A stretch of 64,000 nt of DNA from Marsupella aquatica (Eukaryota > Plantae > Marchantiophyta), in NCBI GenBank assembly GCA_973895155.1, contig OZ316898.1:14476330-14540329 (forward strand), read 5' to 3'. Numbering within the stretch: the stretch's first letter is position 1; each line of letters begins with the position of its first letter. Both the position numbers and the translations under genes were made by a program. Below are positions 35,701 to 47,763 of the stretch, one piece after another. The notes under the pieces are model-generated. The model worked only from the letters and a program-made list of their open reading frames with translations. It had not been told where the DNA came from and searched no databases.

Positions 35701-36764
35701 TCAGGATGAAGAAGTTATGAGCTCGGGTGCATTACGGATTCAAACATCCGTAACTTGGTCGTCCGGAGTCCGTTTACGGAGCCGTTTACGGATTCGTGAT
35801 CAGGAAGAGCAGAGCTATCCAGGGCCCCCCTCAGGGGAGTAGTTCAAAATGGTTGAGGGTTTCGACCTTGAGTGGCCCCCTCACTTCCCCGTGACTACCA
35901 AGTGCGGTTGGCATAGTCGAAGGCACCGACGGTCCCATAGTTAGATTAGGGTATTAAGAGCACGTGTGTGCCGCATGTTTTAGCTTAGGGATTCCTCGTG
36001 GAAGGTTTTTTTTGTGGCGCTGCTAGGGTAGCCGCCATCGTTGTGACCCCGTAAGGGATGCTTTGGTGTGTTTTTTTCAGTATTTAGGGGGAGAGCCCCG
36101 GAGTAGTGGGGGGGAACTCAGTCTAGTGTTTGCTTAGGGAAGTTATCTCATAGCCAGAGGAGGGAATCAAGCCAAAGTAGTGAGGTAGAGGTGTAGCACT
36201 TGTCCCAGTGAGGCAGGAGTTGGGCAGACGGCAGGAGGCCAGGTTGTCCTTGCAATGTGTTACAATTTTTTACCAAAAGATATGGATTTGGTTTGATTCC
36301 TGAAGTTTTGGTGTGGCGTTATCTTTTCTGTTTCACGATTGTGTTCTTTCCCCAAGAAGTGTCTAAGGAATCCTTGCACAGATTGGTCAACCATGTGAGT
36401 AGGAAAGGTGGTGACAGCACTCCACCAGCGACCAGCAGAAGGGTGTGTGGCGTAGTCCATGGGACTTGATCAAAAGCAGAGAGGCTAATCGGTAGACTTG
36501 ATCAAAAATTACATTTCCGGGAGCGGAAATAGACATACTCATCCTACATGCAATAGAATACGAATAGCGTCCCTCCACGTTCCCGTCATACGATAACAAA
36601 CAATTTTAGTAGGAGGAAATAGGTATTTGTCGTGTAAATCATTTGATAAGCAGGTGACAACCTTACTAGGGTTAATTGACTCTTGGTTAGTTTAGGATAA
36701 GATCCACTTATTTAGGCCCACACATCTTAGTCCCTCTTGGGGGGTATAGGTTGGAGGGAGAGCA

Positions 36765-37009
36765 CTCGGGGGGGTCACTTCCATGGAAGTGGCATATCAT
36801 GTGCGACGAAGTATAGGGCCATTTAAATGGTTTTGGCGGAAGACTTATTAAGTCTTCTATGGAAATATAGGGTTGTTTAATTGCAAAATGCATACGTGTC
36901 ATCACATGATTGGTGTCGTACAACTTTCTAGAAAGTGACTTAGGGGGGTCATAAATGACCCAAACCGTCGCACGTGATGTATGACCCTTCATATAGTGAC
37001 CCCCTCGAG
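36765..37009. mobile_element. MITE, 245 bp, 8-bp TSD GGAGAGCA, inserted in the outer Copia 5' LTR
   Basis: TIRs CTCGGGGGGGTCACT / AGTGACCCCCTCGAG. The empty site GGAGGGAGAGCATTCTCTCC is present in the 3' LTR (~48465-48485). Confidence 0.93.
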
Positions 37010-37827
37010 GGAGAGCATTCTCTCCCTCATTCTTCACAGTCATGTTCTTTCTTTTGAACTATGGATCCTTCAGGAGTTTCTCCATGATCGTGGTGTCTTA
37101 TCGATGTAGTGTGAGATTGAGTGCTCTCATGTTCCACATTGTTGTCTAGTCTAGAGCTGACGGCTTTCCTACAAGTGGTATCAGAGCTTCATGTTTGACG
37201 TTCGGTTGCCTGGACAGTGGTGAGAGTATTCTTTGTGTTGAATCATGGTGACGGATCAAATTGTTTTCAACAATTTGTGTGATCGTGTCACTGGTCGTTG
37301 TGCGCTAGAGGTTTTGCGTTCAAGAGTGACAGTTTCCCAATTGAAACTTCACATTAGAAGTGTCGGATGTGTCTCTGGTTTTCTGAATGTACTGTCAGGC
37401 GGGCAGTCTTGCGTTTCATTGTGCGTATCGGCAAGCACTTTGTCTCGGTGAAAGTTTCACAGGTCTTTATCTGGCAAGTGCGGAGCAATATTGTTTTATG
37501 TTTTGCTGTTTGTAGCCTAATCTCTTTGGCTATGGAGTCTTTGTGCTCGGCTTGATCTCTTACGGGGTCTTGGGTTGATATTTTCCTCAAGAAAATGTCA
37601 ATTTTTTTTCTTTGTGGTTTTTCTCAATTTTTTCTTCGTTCACCTCTTGGGTCGCGTTGCACAACAATTTGTGGCGACCCCAACAATTTGTGTGGTGGAG
37701 TACAAGTGCAAGTACGTAGCCGCCGGGCATTGTAACAGTGAGGTGTGGTTGTTACTTAGGGCAAACAGAAAATAACAAGTGAATAATGATTTTGTCCAAA
37801 AATCACGTTGTGTTTAGCGCTTGTTCT

Positions 37828-38062
37828 GAGTGGTGGTGAGAAATTTCACCCGCGGGACATTGTTCCATCGCAGCTCAGTGGTGGTGAGATAGTCTCCCAT
37901 GGAACACTGTTCTGTTCCAGCTCAGTGGTGGTGAGACAGTCTCCCACGAAACACTATTCCATCGCGGTTCATTGGTGGGAAAAAATAGTACCCACGGAAC
38001 ACCGTTCCACGACAACTTGGCGGTGGGAAAAAACAATACGTGACCCATGGAACACCGTTCCG
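37828..38062 (+). repeat. ~47-bp tandem repeat x~5 in the outer Copia 5' leader
   Basis: GTGGTGGTGAGA..CCCA(C/T)GGAACAC.GTTCC units at 37830, 37878 and 37925, followed by two more diverged copies. Confidence 0.8.
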
Positions 38063-41000
38063 CGGGTGTTTTGAGGAGAGAAAAATTTCTGGATACATTT
38101 TTTTCCGAAGCAATTTTTTGCCAAATCGTTTTCAGATATTGGTAGTGTACCTTGCAGGCTACGTGGTGGTGCATTACAATTCCACTTTTGCCAACTTTTA
38201 TTTTTTGGTGATTGTGTCTAGAGGTATTTTGGTACTTGTGTTTCCTGTGTGTTTGTGTCAACATTGATGACTTCAAGAAAGCTTGCGGAGCCGAAGTTTG
38301 AGGTGGAAAAGTTTGATGGGAAGGTCAGCTTTAGCCTATGGACTCGGAAGGTGACCAACGTGTTGATCCAGCAAGGTCTTGAGAAGACCATCACTGGAGT
38401 GAAGCCCTCGACTCTTACAGATGAGGAATGGGAAGACATGTCGGTGCAGGCATGTAGTACAATTGAGTTGTTCTTGGTGAACAACATTCTCAAGAATGTG
38501 TTGGGGATGGATCGCAACGATAAGAATATTTGGGATACGCTTACTCAGCGATACCAAAGTACTTCATTGACTACTCGCATTTACCAGTTGGAGTGACTAT
38601 CAAATTCCGGATGTTTGATGGTGTTGTGCGAGCATTGACGGAAGTCAGGCACATACCAGACATCTCTAAGAACTTTATTTCTCTTGGTGCTTTGGAAGTT
38701 GGTGGATATCATTTCACTGCATGTGATGGTGCGCTCTTTGTTGTCAAAGGTGAGGTATCTTTGATTAAGACGCTCCGACAAAACAATTTGTACATCTTGC
38801 AATGAGATGTTATTGCTCCTAGAGTGGAGCATCATGTCGATTATGTGGTGGAATATTTGGATGCAATGGCATCGTCGGTTGCTTCAATTGAGGCACCATC
38901 AACATCTAGTCGCACACAGGCCATAGATTTATGACATGCACGTTTGGGGCACTTGAGTGGTAAAGGATTGGCAGCATTGGCAAATAGAGATTTGCTGCAA
39001 GGCGCACAATCTGGAAAACTTTCTTTCTATGAAGATTGCATCTATAGCAAGCAGAGGAGAGTGAGTTTCAGTTCTAGTTCCTACCAATCTTGCAAGATTC
39101 TTGAGTATATACATTCGGATGTTTGGTGTCCATCGCCAAAACCGTCGTTGGGTGGAGCCAGATATTTTGTGAAGTTTGTAGATGATTATTCTCGAATGTG
39201 TTGGCTGTACTACATGAAGGAGAAGTCTCAAGTATTTGAGATCTTCAAGGAGTGGAAAGCCATGGTGGAGCTACAAACTGGGAAGGAGTTGAAGTGTGTT
39301 CGGTCAGATAACGGTGGCGAGTATAAGTCCAATGAGTTTGACCAATTTGGTCGAGACCTTGGCGTCAATTACACTGTACCGGAGACCCCGCAACAGAATG
39401 GAGTGGCACAATGGTTGAATCAGATATTACTGGAGAAAGCATGCAGCATGCTATGGAGGTCCAAGTTGCCCAATAATTTTTGGGTTGAAGCTGTCAACCA
39501 AGCTGCATACGTTTACAACCTGTCACCACACAGTAGTAAGTTGATGTAGACTCCATTTGAGTTATGATATAAGAGACCTGCTAATTACTCTAGACTCTGA
39601 GTTTTTGGGTGTGCTGCCTATGTTCACATTGAGCAAACACCCAGGTCTAAGTTGGATCCCAAGTCTAAGAAATGTATTTTTCTAGGCTTTAGTCTGGGGC
39701 AGAAGGGCTACAAATTGTGGGATCCTATCGATTGCAAGGCAGTTGTGAGTAGAAATGTTGTTTTTGACAAAGAATGGTTGTCAAGAACCCAGGATAATCA
39801 AGAGGAGCACGTGGAGGAACCCACTATGGTGGAGCTTGATGGTGTTGAGGAAGCTGCTGGTCCCTCTGGTAGAGGTGCAATTCCTCAATTGAGGCGATCC
39901 ACAAGGGCCAATCTTGGCCAACCCCCTGATAGATTTGGTTTTGCAGATCCAATTGTGTTCATGTTGTTGAGCACGACGATGATCCCGATGTTATATTGCT
40001 CACTAAAGATGGAGACCCCTCTAGCTATGAAGAAGCTATGGCCTCTCAAGAGAAGGATAAGTGGATGGAAGCAATGTTCAAGGAACTGAATTCTTTGAAG
40101 AAGAATTCAACTTGGCGCTTAGTGGGCATGCCTCGCGGGAAGATATTGGTTTCGTGTAGATGGTTGTACAAGAAGAAGCAGGATGGTACTTACAAGGCAC
40201 GCCTTGTTGCCAAAGGGTACACCCAGAAGGAGGGCTTGGACTACACGGAGATTTTCTCACCAGTTGTCAAACTCGCTACTATCCGTGTTTTACTTGCAAT
40301 TGTGGCATTCTATGATCTTGAGTTAGATCAAATGGATGTAATTGCTGCTTTCCTACATGGATTGCTTGATGTGGAGATTTATATGGCTCAGCCTCTAGGT
40401 TTTATTGACAAGAAGACCAGACACTAGGTGTGTCAGCTCTTGCGCTTGTTATACGGATTGAAGTAGAGTCCCAGATAATGGAATAAGCGTTTGGATTCCT
40501 TCTTGTTATCACAGACGTTCACCCAGAGTGAACATGATTGTTGTATTTACATGAAGGAGGTGGAGAATTAATCACACTTTGGTTACATTGTCCTAGCACT
40601 GTACGTGGATGACATGTTGATCCTGGCTGAGAATAAGTCTGATGTTGCCCATCTGAAAGCAATGCTAAGTAAGGAGTTTTCAATGAAGGGCTTGGGTCAG
40701 GCCAAGAAGATCATAGGGATGGAGATTCATTGTGATAGGGAGCAGAGGCAATTATGGTTGTCTTAGAGGCAGTATTTAGAGAAAATACTTGCCAAGTAAA
40801 TTAGATGGAGAATGCAAAACCAGTTGGTACTCCATTGGCTTCCCACTTTAAACTCTCAAAGAATTATTGCCCTTCTAGTGAGAGTGATAGATTGGCGATG
40901 AAATAGGTTCCCTATGATAGTGTTGTGGGTAGTTTGATGTATGCAATGTCATGCACTAGACCTGACATTCCCCACGCCATTAGCATTTTGAATAGATTTA

Positions 41001-41106
41001 TGGCAAACCCTGGTAAACTTCATTGGGAAGCAGTGAAGTGGGTTTTGCGATATCTGAAAGGAACCTTAGATTGTGGGATTCTATTTGACGGTACTAAAGC
41101 AGAATC

Positions 41107-44100
41107 TGTTAGATATTGCTCTAGTCTTGTGACTCTTGTGCTAACCACAGTTAGGCTAACTCGGGTTAGGACCTAGCTAAGGTTAGTGGTAGTGCTGTTG
41201 TGCATATAGCCAAGGCTGATGCCAGACCCTGGTGGAACTTAGGCTCATTGTTACGGAGCTAGTTGAGAGATAGGGAGAGCTTGTGCTGTGGATGCTTGGT
41301 ATGGCCGGTCGGCCTAGAGTGCAGTAAAGCTCTTGTGTGTTCCCGTGGACGTAGCCTCATGTGGAGGTGAACCACGTATCTCTCTGTGTCGACTATTGTG
41401 CGTTGGATGGTTCATGGGCTTGCCGTTGCGAATGTCGTCTATGCTCAACAAGTGGTATCAGAGCATGCTTGGGAGGTGACGAGGTTTTTTCGTGACAGGT
41501 TTTTCCAGTGTTCATTGTCGATGGTACATTCAGAGTTTCGTCGCATGAAACTTGATTGTGTGTGGCTGAGTGGATAGGTTAGTGAGAGGGCATTCTAACG
41601 GTGGTTAGAGCTCGCTGATCGGTATGATCCGTGGTGCGGAGGAATTAAAGTTTGCGTCGTTCAGGGTTTATTCGTGTTCGACGGTATTTTGGGGGAGAAA
41701 CCAGAGATCGTTTCTTCAACGGTGTGAGCTGTGCGGTGTGCGGGGCGTCGCATGTGATAGTTCAAGTTGAAGGTTGGAGCGTGCTGGTCATTTTGGTATC
41801 TAGTTTGCTGACGTTTGCAAAACGAGTGCATCGTGACGAGTGAAGGAGGCGTTCTGGTTTTTTGACAAGCTATGGTGCTTGTTTTTCCCTGAACTGGATT
41901 ACTCGTCGTGACGCTTGACTCGGAGGAAGAAACACGAAGTGCTGAGGCTCAACGGAGAGATTGTGGCGAGACGGTTGTTTTGAGTCCGGGATTGGCACTT
42001 GACACGGAGTGAAGGCGACGCAACTGAAGTTCTTTCTCTGGTGGAGCTTCAGACGTGCCGGTGCAATTCGGAAACATTTTCATGTCGGCGGTCATCACTT
42101 TTCTCATTGGAAACCAAAGCGGAGGCGGCTGAGGTTTGTAACACGGCCTTTGTGTCATTTTGGGCACATTTTTAAGGTTAGTTTAGGGCATTTTTTGCCC
42201 CAATATGGCCCCAATACCCGACAAACCAGGTTTGCCATACGCCCCGGCGCGCACACCGGCCTCCCACATCCCTTTAAGTGCAAAAATGTGCTTTTTTGGG
42301 CCCAAATACGGCCAAAAACGCCCATATACGGCCCAAAAACGCGAAAATACGCGCGTTTTGACCCCTTTAAACCCGTTTTTTGCTGTTTATACGCGATTCT
42401 GGCCGCGAATACGCGCGCCTTTGCCAGGGGCTTTAAAGACCCCTTTAGAGTGTGTTTTTCTGAATTTTTTTCTCTCCTCCTCATTGGTTGTGCCTCATCC
42501 CGGGCCCTATGACCCTCCGTTTTAACCGCTCTGACAGGGGGAACGGCCCCCTGTGAGCCCTGTTGGACTGTGCGGGAATATTCCCCAAAAATAGAGAGCT
42601 GGTTTTTGGCCGTCACACAAAGATTTCGTCCGCCGCACGGTAACTTTTTTGGTTCTTTTTTGGTGAGGACGTTGCCACTGGAGTTAGCAACGCGGCGCAC
42701 CCATCACATCGCGATTCCGACGACAGGTTGTACTTGGTATTTCGGTTATTCTCCGAGGTGGTCAAAACGGGGGAGTTTCCCAAGGTTTTACCCACCCTGA
42801 CCAAAATTTGAATAACTTTTCCGTCGAATTTCGATTTTGATTTCGGATTTCAGTATTGGACTCCTAGCTTTGTGGGCTACGCGGCGGTGTTGAGTTTTGA
42901 GTTTTATGAGAAGTTTTGAAAAAAGACGTTTTTTCGTGATTGTTTCATATGAGTGACTCGGAGGATACTAGAAGAATTGGCATCGGTGGAGCTTCAGGAT
43001 CGTGACAGTCAGACGGAGAGTCTTAGGAGGAGCTGCTACCGTTTGAGGAGGAACTTATAACACCGGTACGATCACCGGTGCGGCGTGCAATGGAGGAAGC
43101 TGTGTTACTACCAGAGCTGTCGGTAGTAGGGAAGAAGAGGGAGATGGCTAGATTTGGAGGAGTGAAGTTTGAGGTGGAGAAGTACGATGGTCGTACTGAT
43201 TACTTGCTCTGGGAGAAGCAAGTGAAAGGTGTTCTACGGGTAATGGGCTTAGCTCATCTGCTTTCATCGCGAGAGCAGTATGATGGAGAGGAGGAGATTT
43301 TAGTGAGGCAATGGAGATAGGAGCAGGTGATTGCTGTCAATGCAGTGATGCTATATCTCAAGCCGCACATCATCAAGCAGTTGGATGATTATACGGATTG
43401 CGCGTCACTGTTCAAGGCTCTAAGAGAGAAGTACTACCGGGAAGATGCGTCAGACCGGCTGTACAAGAAGTCTCTCTTGATGAGCCTCAGGCTCAAGGAA
43501 GGGAGCAAGATGCAGGATCACCTGGATGAGTTTGACAGTCTAGCGGTTGATCTGTCAAACCTGGGAAAAGGAGTTGAAGATGAGGATAAGGCCTTGCTTT
43601 TGCTAAGCTCCTTACCGCCGTTATATCAGGGCTTGAAACAGGTGCTCTTGTACAGAGATCTGAAGTCCATTTCGTATAATGAGGTGGTAAGTTCTTTACT
43701 GTCTGATGATGCTCAGAAGAAGCTGGGTCAATCACAGATAGCATCTTCTTCTGGCACTGCGCTCAATGTGAACAGGGGCAGAGCAACGCAGCGCACGAAT
43801 GGGCAGAACAAGTTTAGATCAACATCACGGGGGAGATCTAAATCCAGAGGAAAAACGCAAGAGAGGAAGCCTCTTGCATGTTGGAATTGTGGCAAGCCAG
43901 GCCACATGAAAAGGGATTGTCGAGTAAAGGTCCCTACTGCCTCTGATAACGCAGCATCGAGCTCGCATGAGGTAGATTTACTCGATGATGATGACATATT
44001 GTGATGTCAAGGTTATGCTCTCAACGTAGTGTCAAATCCAGGTAGTGATGACTAGATTCTAGATAGTGCATGTACTTTTCATATTTGCTCTAGAAGAGAT

Positions 44101-47100
44101 TATTTCAGTTCTTACACGGTTTCCAACGGGTCAGTGTTGATGGGAAATGGAATCCCATGTCAAGTTGTTGGACTTGGATCTGTACGATTTCAGATGTTTG
44201 ATGGTGTTGTGAGAACATTGAGGAATGTGAGACATATTCCCAGCATGATGAAAAATCTCATTTCACTTGGAGTTTTAGAGACAAATGGCCATCAGTGGAG
44301 TTCTGCTAATGGTGTCCTTCAGGTTTCAACTGGTACTAAAGTTGTATTGAAGGAAAACAGATATTGCAATCTATACGTTATGGAGGGCAGTGTAGTCTAT
44401 GATGAAGCCAATGTAACCTTATCTCATGAGGAGACGGCCCGGCTATGGCACTTCCGTTTGGGCCACATGAGTGAAAAAGGTTTGGTTATTCTTCAGAAGA
44501 AAGGATTACTTTCTAATTTGCAATCTTGTAAGTTGGAATTTTGTGAGCACTGTGTGCTAGGAAAGCAGCACAGGAAACCCTTCGGAGTTGGAACTCACAC
44601 CAGCAAGGAGGTACTTGAGTATGTACATAGTGATGTGTGGGGTCCCGCCCCTACTCCCTCACATTCTGGACGGTTATACTATGTCACGTTCATTGACGAT
44701 TACTCAAGGTATGTGTGGATATACTTTCTACACAATAAATCTGATGTTTTTGCCACTTTTAAGGAGTGGAAAGCCCAAGTTGAAAATCAGACTGGTAATA
44801 AGGTGAGATATCTTCGATCGGATAACGGCGGTGAATACAGTTCCGGTGAATTTGGAATGTATTGTAAGGAGCAGGGGATTACCCTCCATCTCACAACAAG
44901 CTATACTCCTCAGCAGAATGGTGTTTCTGAGAGACTCAACCGAACACTATTGGACCGCTCGAGGAGTATGTTGAGTCAATCATGCTTACCACATGAGTTT
45001 TGGGCTGAAGCTGTCAACACTGCAGCTTATTTGGTAAATTTTTCTCCATCTAGTTCTATTGGATTCAAGATGCCATTTGAAATGAGGTATGGGCGTCCAG
45101 CAGATTACTCACATCTGAGGATTTTTGGATGTGATGCTTATGTGCTTACACCTTCCCAGCTTCGATCCAAGCTGGACTCCAAGTCGAAGAAGTGCATTTT
45201 CCTTGGTTATCAGAAAGGTGTGAAGGGTTATAGGTTATGGGATCCAGTAACCTATAAGCTAATTGTCAGTAGAGATGTATCCTTTAATGAATCCAGATCA
45301 TCAAAGGAGGGAGAGAGTTCTCAAGACTCCCATACTGACAAGGGGAAATCTCCCATCCCGGACCGGGTTGAGGGGGAGATTAGTCATGATGCAGTTCATG
45401 ACAGGAGAGATGGAGAAGCTCCGGGCTTGGAGCTGGTTCCTGTGATGGAACAAGAGGAGCAAATTGTTGCTGGGGTACCTCAAATTCAACCAACAGCAAC
45501 AACAGATCAGCCTGAGTCATCTACTAGAAGAACTTCTAGTCGTTCTACTAGAGCTCCTACCAGGTATGGTCAATGGGCAGACTCATCTAAGCTAGATGAT
45601 ATTGACATTGCACCTGATGAAGATGATATGGCTTTGATCTTGGAAGAAGGAGAGCCTTCTTCGTATAGTGAGGCTTGTGCTTCAGAGCAGAAGCATGAGT
45701 GGAATGCAGCAATGCAGAGGGAGTTGCAATCTTTGAGTGACAACAAGACATGGGAGCTGGTGGTACTTCCAAGAGGTCAACAAGTGGTGGACAGCAAGTA
45801 GATTTACAAGTTGAAGGACAATCCTTCAGAGGGTGGAGATAAGATCTACAAGGCAAGGCTTGTTGCCAAGGGGTTCACTCAAGAGAAAGGAGTCGATTAC
45901 AATGAGGTCTTTTCACCGGTGGCTAAGTATTCCACAATTTGGATCTTGTGTCAGCTTGTTGTGTTTTTTAATCTGGTGATGGATCAGATGGATGTTGTTA
46001 CTGCTTTTCTCTATGGCAACTTGGAAGAGATGATCTTCACGAGACAGCCACTAGGCTTTATGAAGAAGGGCCAAGAGAACTTAGTTTGCAGATTGCTCAA
46101 ATCCTTGTATGGATTGAAGCAATCTCCCAGACAGTGGAACAAGCGGTTTGATGATTTCATGCTTGCTCAAGGTTTTATAAGGATGGTGTATGATCCTTGT
46201 GTGTATACGAAATCAGTCAAGAATGATGTATTTGGTTTCATCATTCTGGTGATCTATGTGGATGACATGCTAATTGTGGCTAAAGATCAATCTGAGGTTG
46301 ACAGTCTCAAGGCAAAATTGAGCGCTGAATTCAGGATGAAGGATCTTGGTAAGGCCAAGAGGATCTTAGGGATGGAGATTTTTAGGAGGTCTGAGACTGG
46401 ACAGTTGTGCTTGAGTCAAGGCCAGTATGCGAGGAAAGTACTTGCACGATTCAACATGGAGAACTGTAAGCCAGTGAGTATTCCTTTAGCTTCACATTTC
46501 AAGTTATCATCAGCTTTCTCTCCTACGGATGCTGTGGAGAAAGGTCTGATGGCTAAGATTCCTTATGAGAAGGCAGTAGGCAGTCTGATGTATTTGATGA
46601 CTTGTACTAGGCCTGACTTGGCCCTAGCGATGGGCAAGGTTAGCAGATTCATGTCAAATCCAGGGAAGGTACATTGGGAAGCTGTGAAATGGATTCTCAG
46701 GTATGTGAAGGGAACACAGGACTATGGATTACTATTTGATAACAGATCAAATAGAACGTTAGTTGGCTATGTAGATTCTGACTATGGAGGTTGTCTGGAT
46801 ACAAGGAGATCTACAACTAGGTTTGTATACACTCTTGGAGGAGGATGTATCAGTTGGAAATCTACCTTGCAGAAGTGCATATCTCAGTCTACTACAGAAG
46901 CATAGTATGTTGCAGCAGCAGAAGCTGCAAAGGAAGCAATTTGGTTGGATAAGTTGATCGCGGAGATGGGTTTAGAGCATGGAAAAATGACTCTAAACTG
47001 TGATAGTCAGAGTGCTCTTCACTTGGCTGCTAACCAGGTGATGGATAGCAGGGTGAAGCACATTGATATTAGGTACCATTTTATCAGGCAAGCAGTGTCT

Positions 47101-47763
47101 GATAAAACTTTTGAGCTAATCAAGATTGATGGAAAGCTCAATCCCGTTGATGCCTTTACCAAAGTGATTCCTTTGGAGAGTTTCTCAAGACACCGTGCTA
47201 CTTTGCAGGTTTTGCAGTTGTAGTGCAAGTAGAGTTATTTAGCAATGTGTGACTATTTGTATATGGATTACTCATTCATGTTAGGCTACGGCTTAGTTCT
47301 AGTTAACCCTTGTGGTTTTTAGGGGGAGACCTGGTTTGGTGATTGTCTAGAACTTCCCGCTGAGGATTCCATATGGTAGCATTTAGTCCAGTCCCCAAGA
47401 CAAGAGTCAAGGGGGAGTTTGTTAGATATTGCTCTAGTCGTGTGACTCTTGTGCTAACCACAGTTAGGCTAACTCGGGTTAGGACCTAGCTAAGGTTAGC
47501 GGTAGTGTTGTTGTGCATATAGCCAGGGCTGATGCCAGACCCTGGTGGAACTTAGGCTCATTGTTACAGAGCTAGTTGAGAGATAGGGAGAGCTTGTGCT
47601 GTGGATGCTTGGTATGGCTGGTCGGCCTAGAGTGCAGTAAAGCTCTTGTGTGTTCCCGTGGACGTAGCCTCATGTGGAGGTGAACCACGTATCTCTCTGT
47701 GTCGACTATTGTGCGTTGGATGGTTCATGGGCTTGCCGTTACGAATGTCGTCTATGCTCAACA
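41107..47763 (+). mobile_element. Ty1/Copia LTR retrotransposon (inner, younger), TSD GAATC
   Basis: 344-bp LTRs at 41107-41450 and 47420-47763 (TG..CA; 7 substitutions counted). PBS TGGTATCAGAGC at 41453 and PPT CAAGGGGGAGTT at 47408-47419. GAATC at 41102-41106 and 47764-47768. The element splits the outer element between RT and RNaseH. Confidence 0.97.
43144..47223 (+). pseudogene. Inner Copia gag-pol (gag with CCHC knuckle, protease, integrase, RT, RNase H), single frame with 5 internal stops
   Basis: MARFGGVKFEVEKYDG; CWNCGKPGHMKRDC; *ILDSACTFH; HFRLGH..CEHC; RSDNGGEY; YVDD; CDSQSA..VKHIDIRYH. In-frame stops at 43318, 44002, 44053, 45799 and 46903, with no frameshift. Confidence 0.93.

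Larger units (their letters stand above)
32476..36659. mobile_element. ~4.2-kb TG..CA insertion (probable Gypsy-type solo LTR) inside the outer Copia 5' LTR
   Basis: It starts TGTGATGGGG and ends GCAGGTGACA, flanked by GCCTT/ACCTT (5-bp TSD, 1 mismatch). The 3' LTR shows the empty site GTTTGGCCTTACTAGGG. No gag-pol motifs or internal terminal repeat were seen. Confidence 0.75.

Noticed and set aside
37828-38062. CRISPR-like repeat-spacer array (also considered at 33346 and 54120)
   Set aside because: Whole units are homologous, with no unique spacers. The context is eukaryotic TE sequence with no cas genes.
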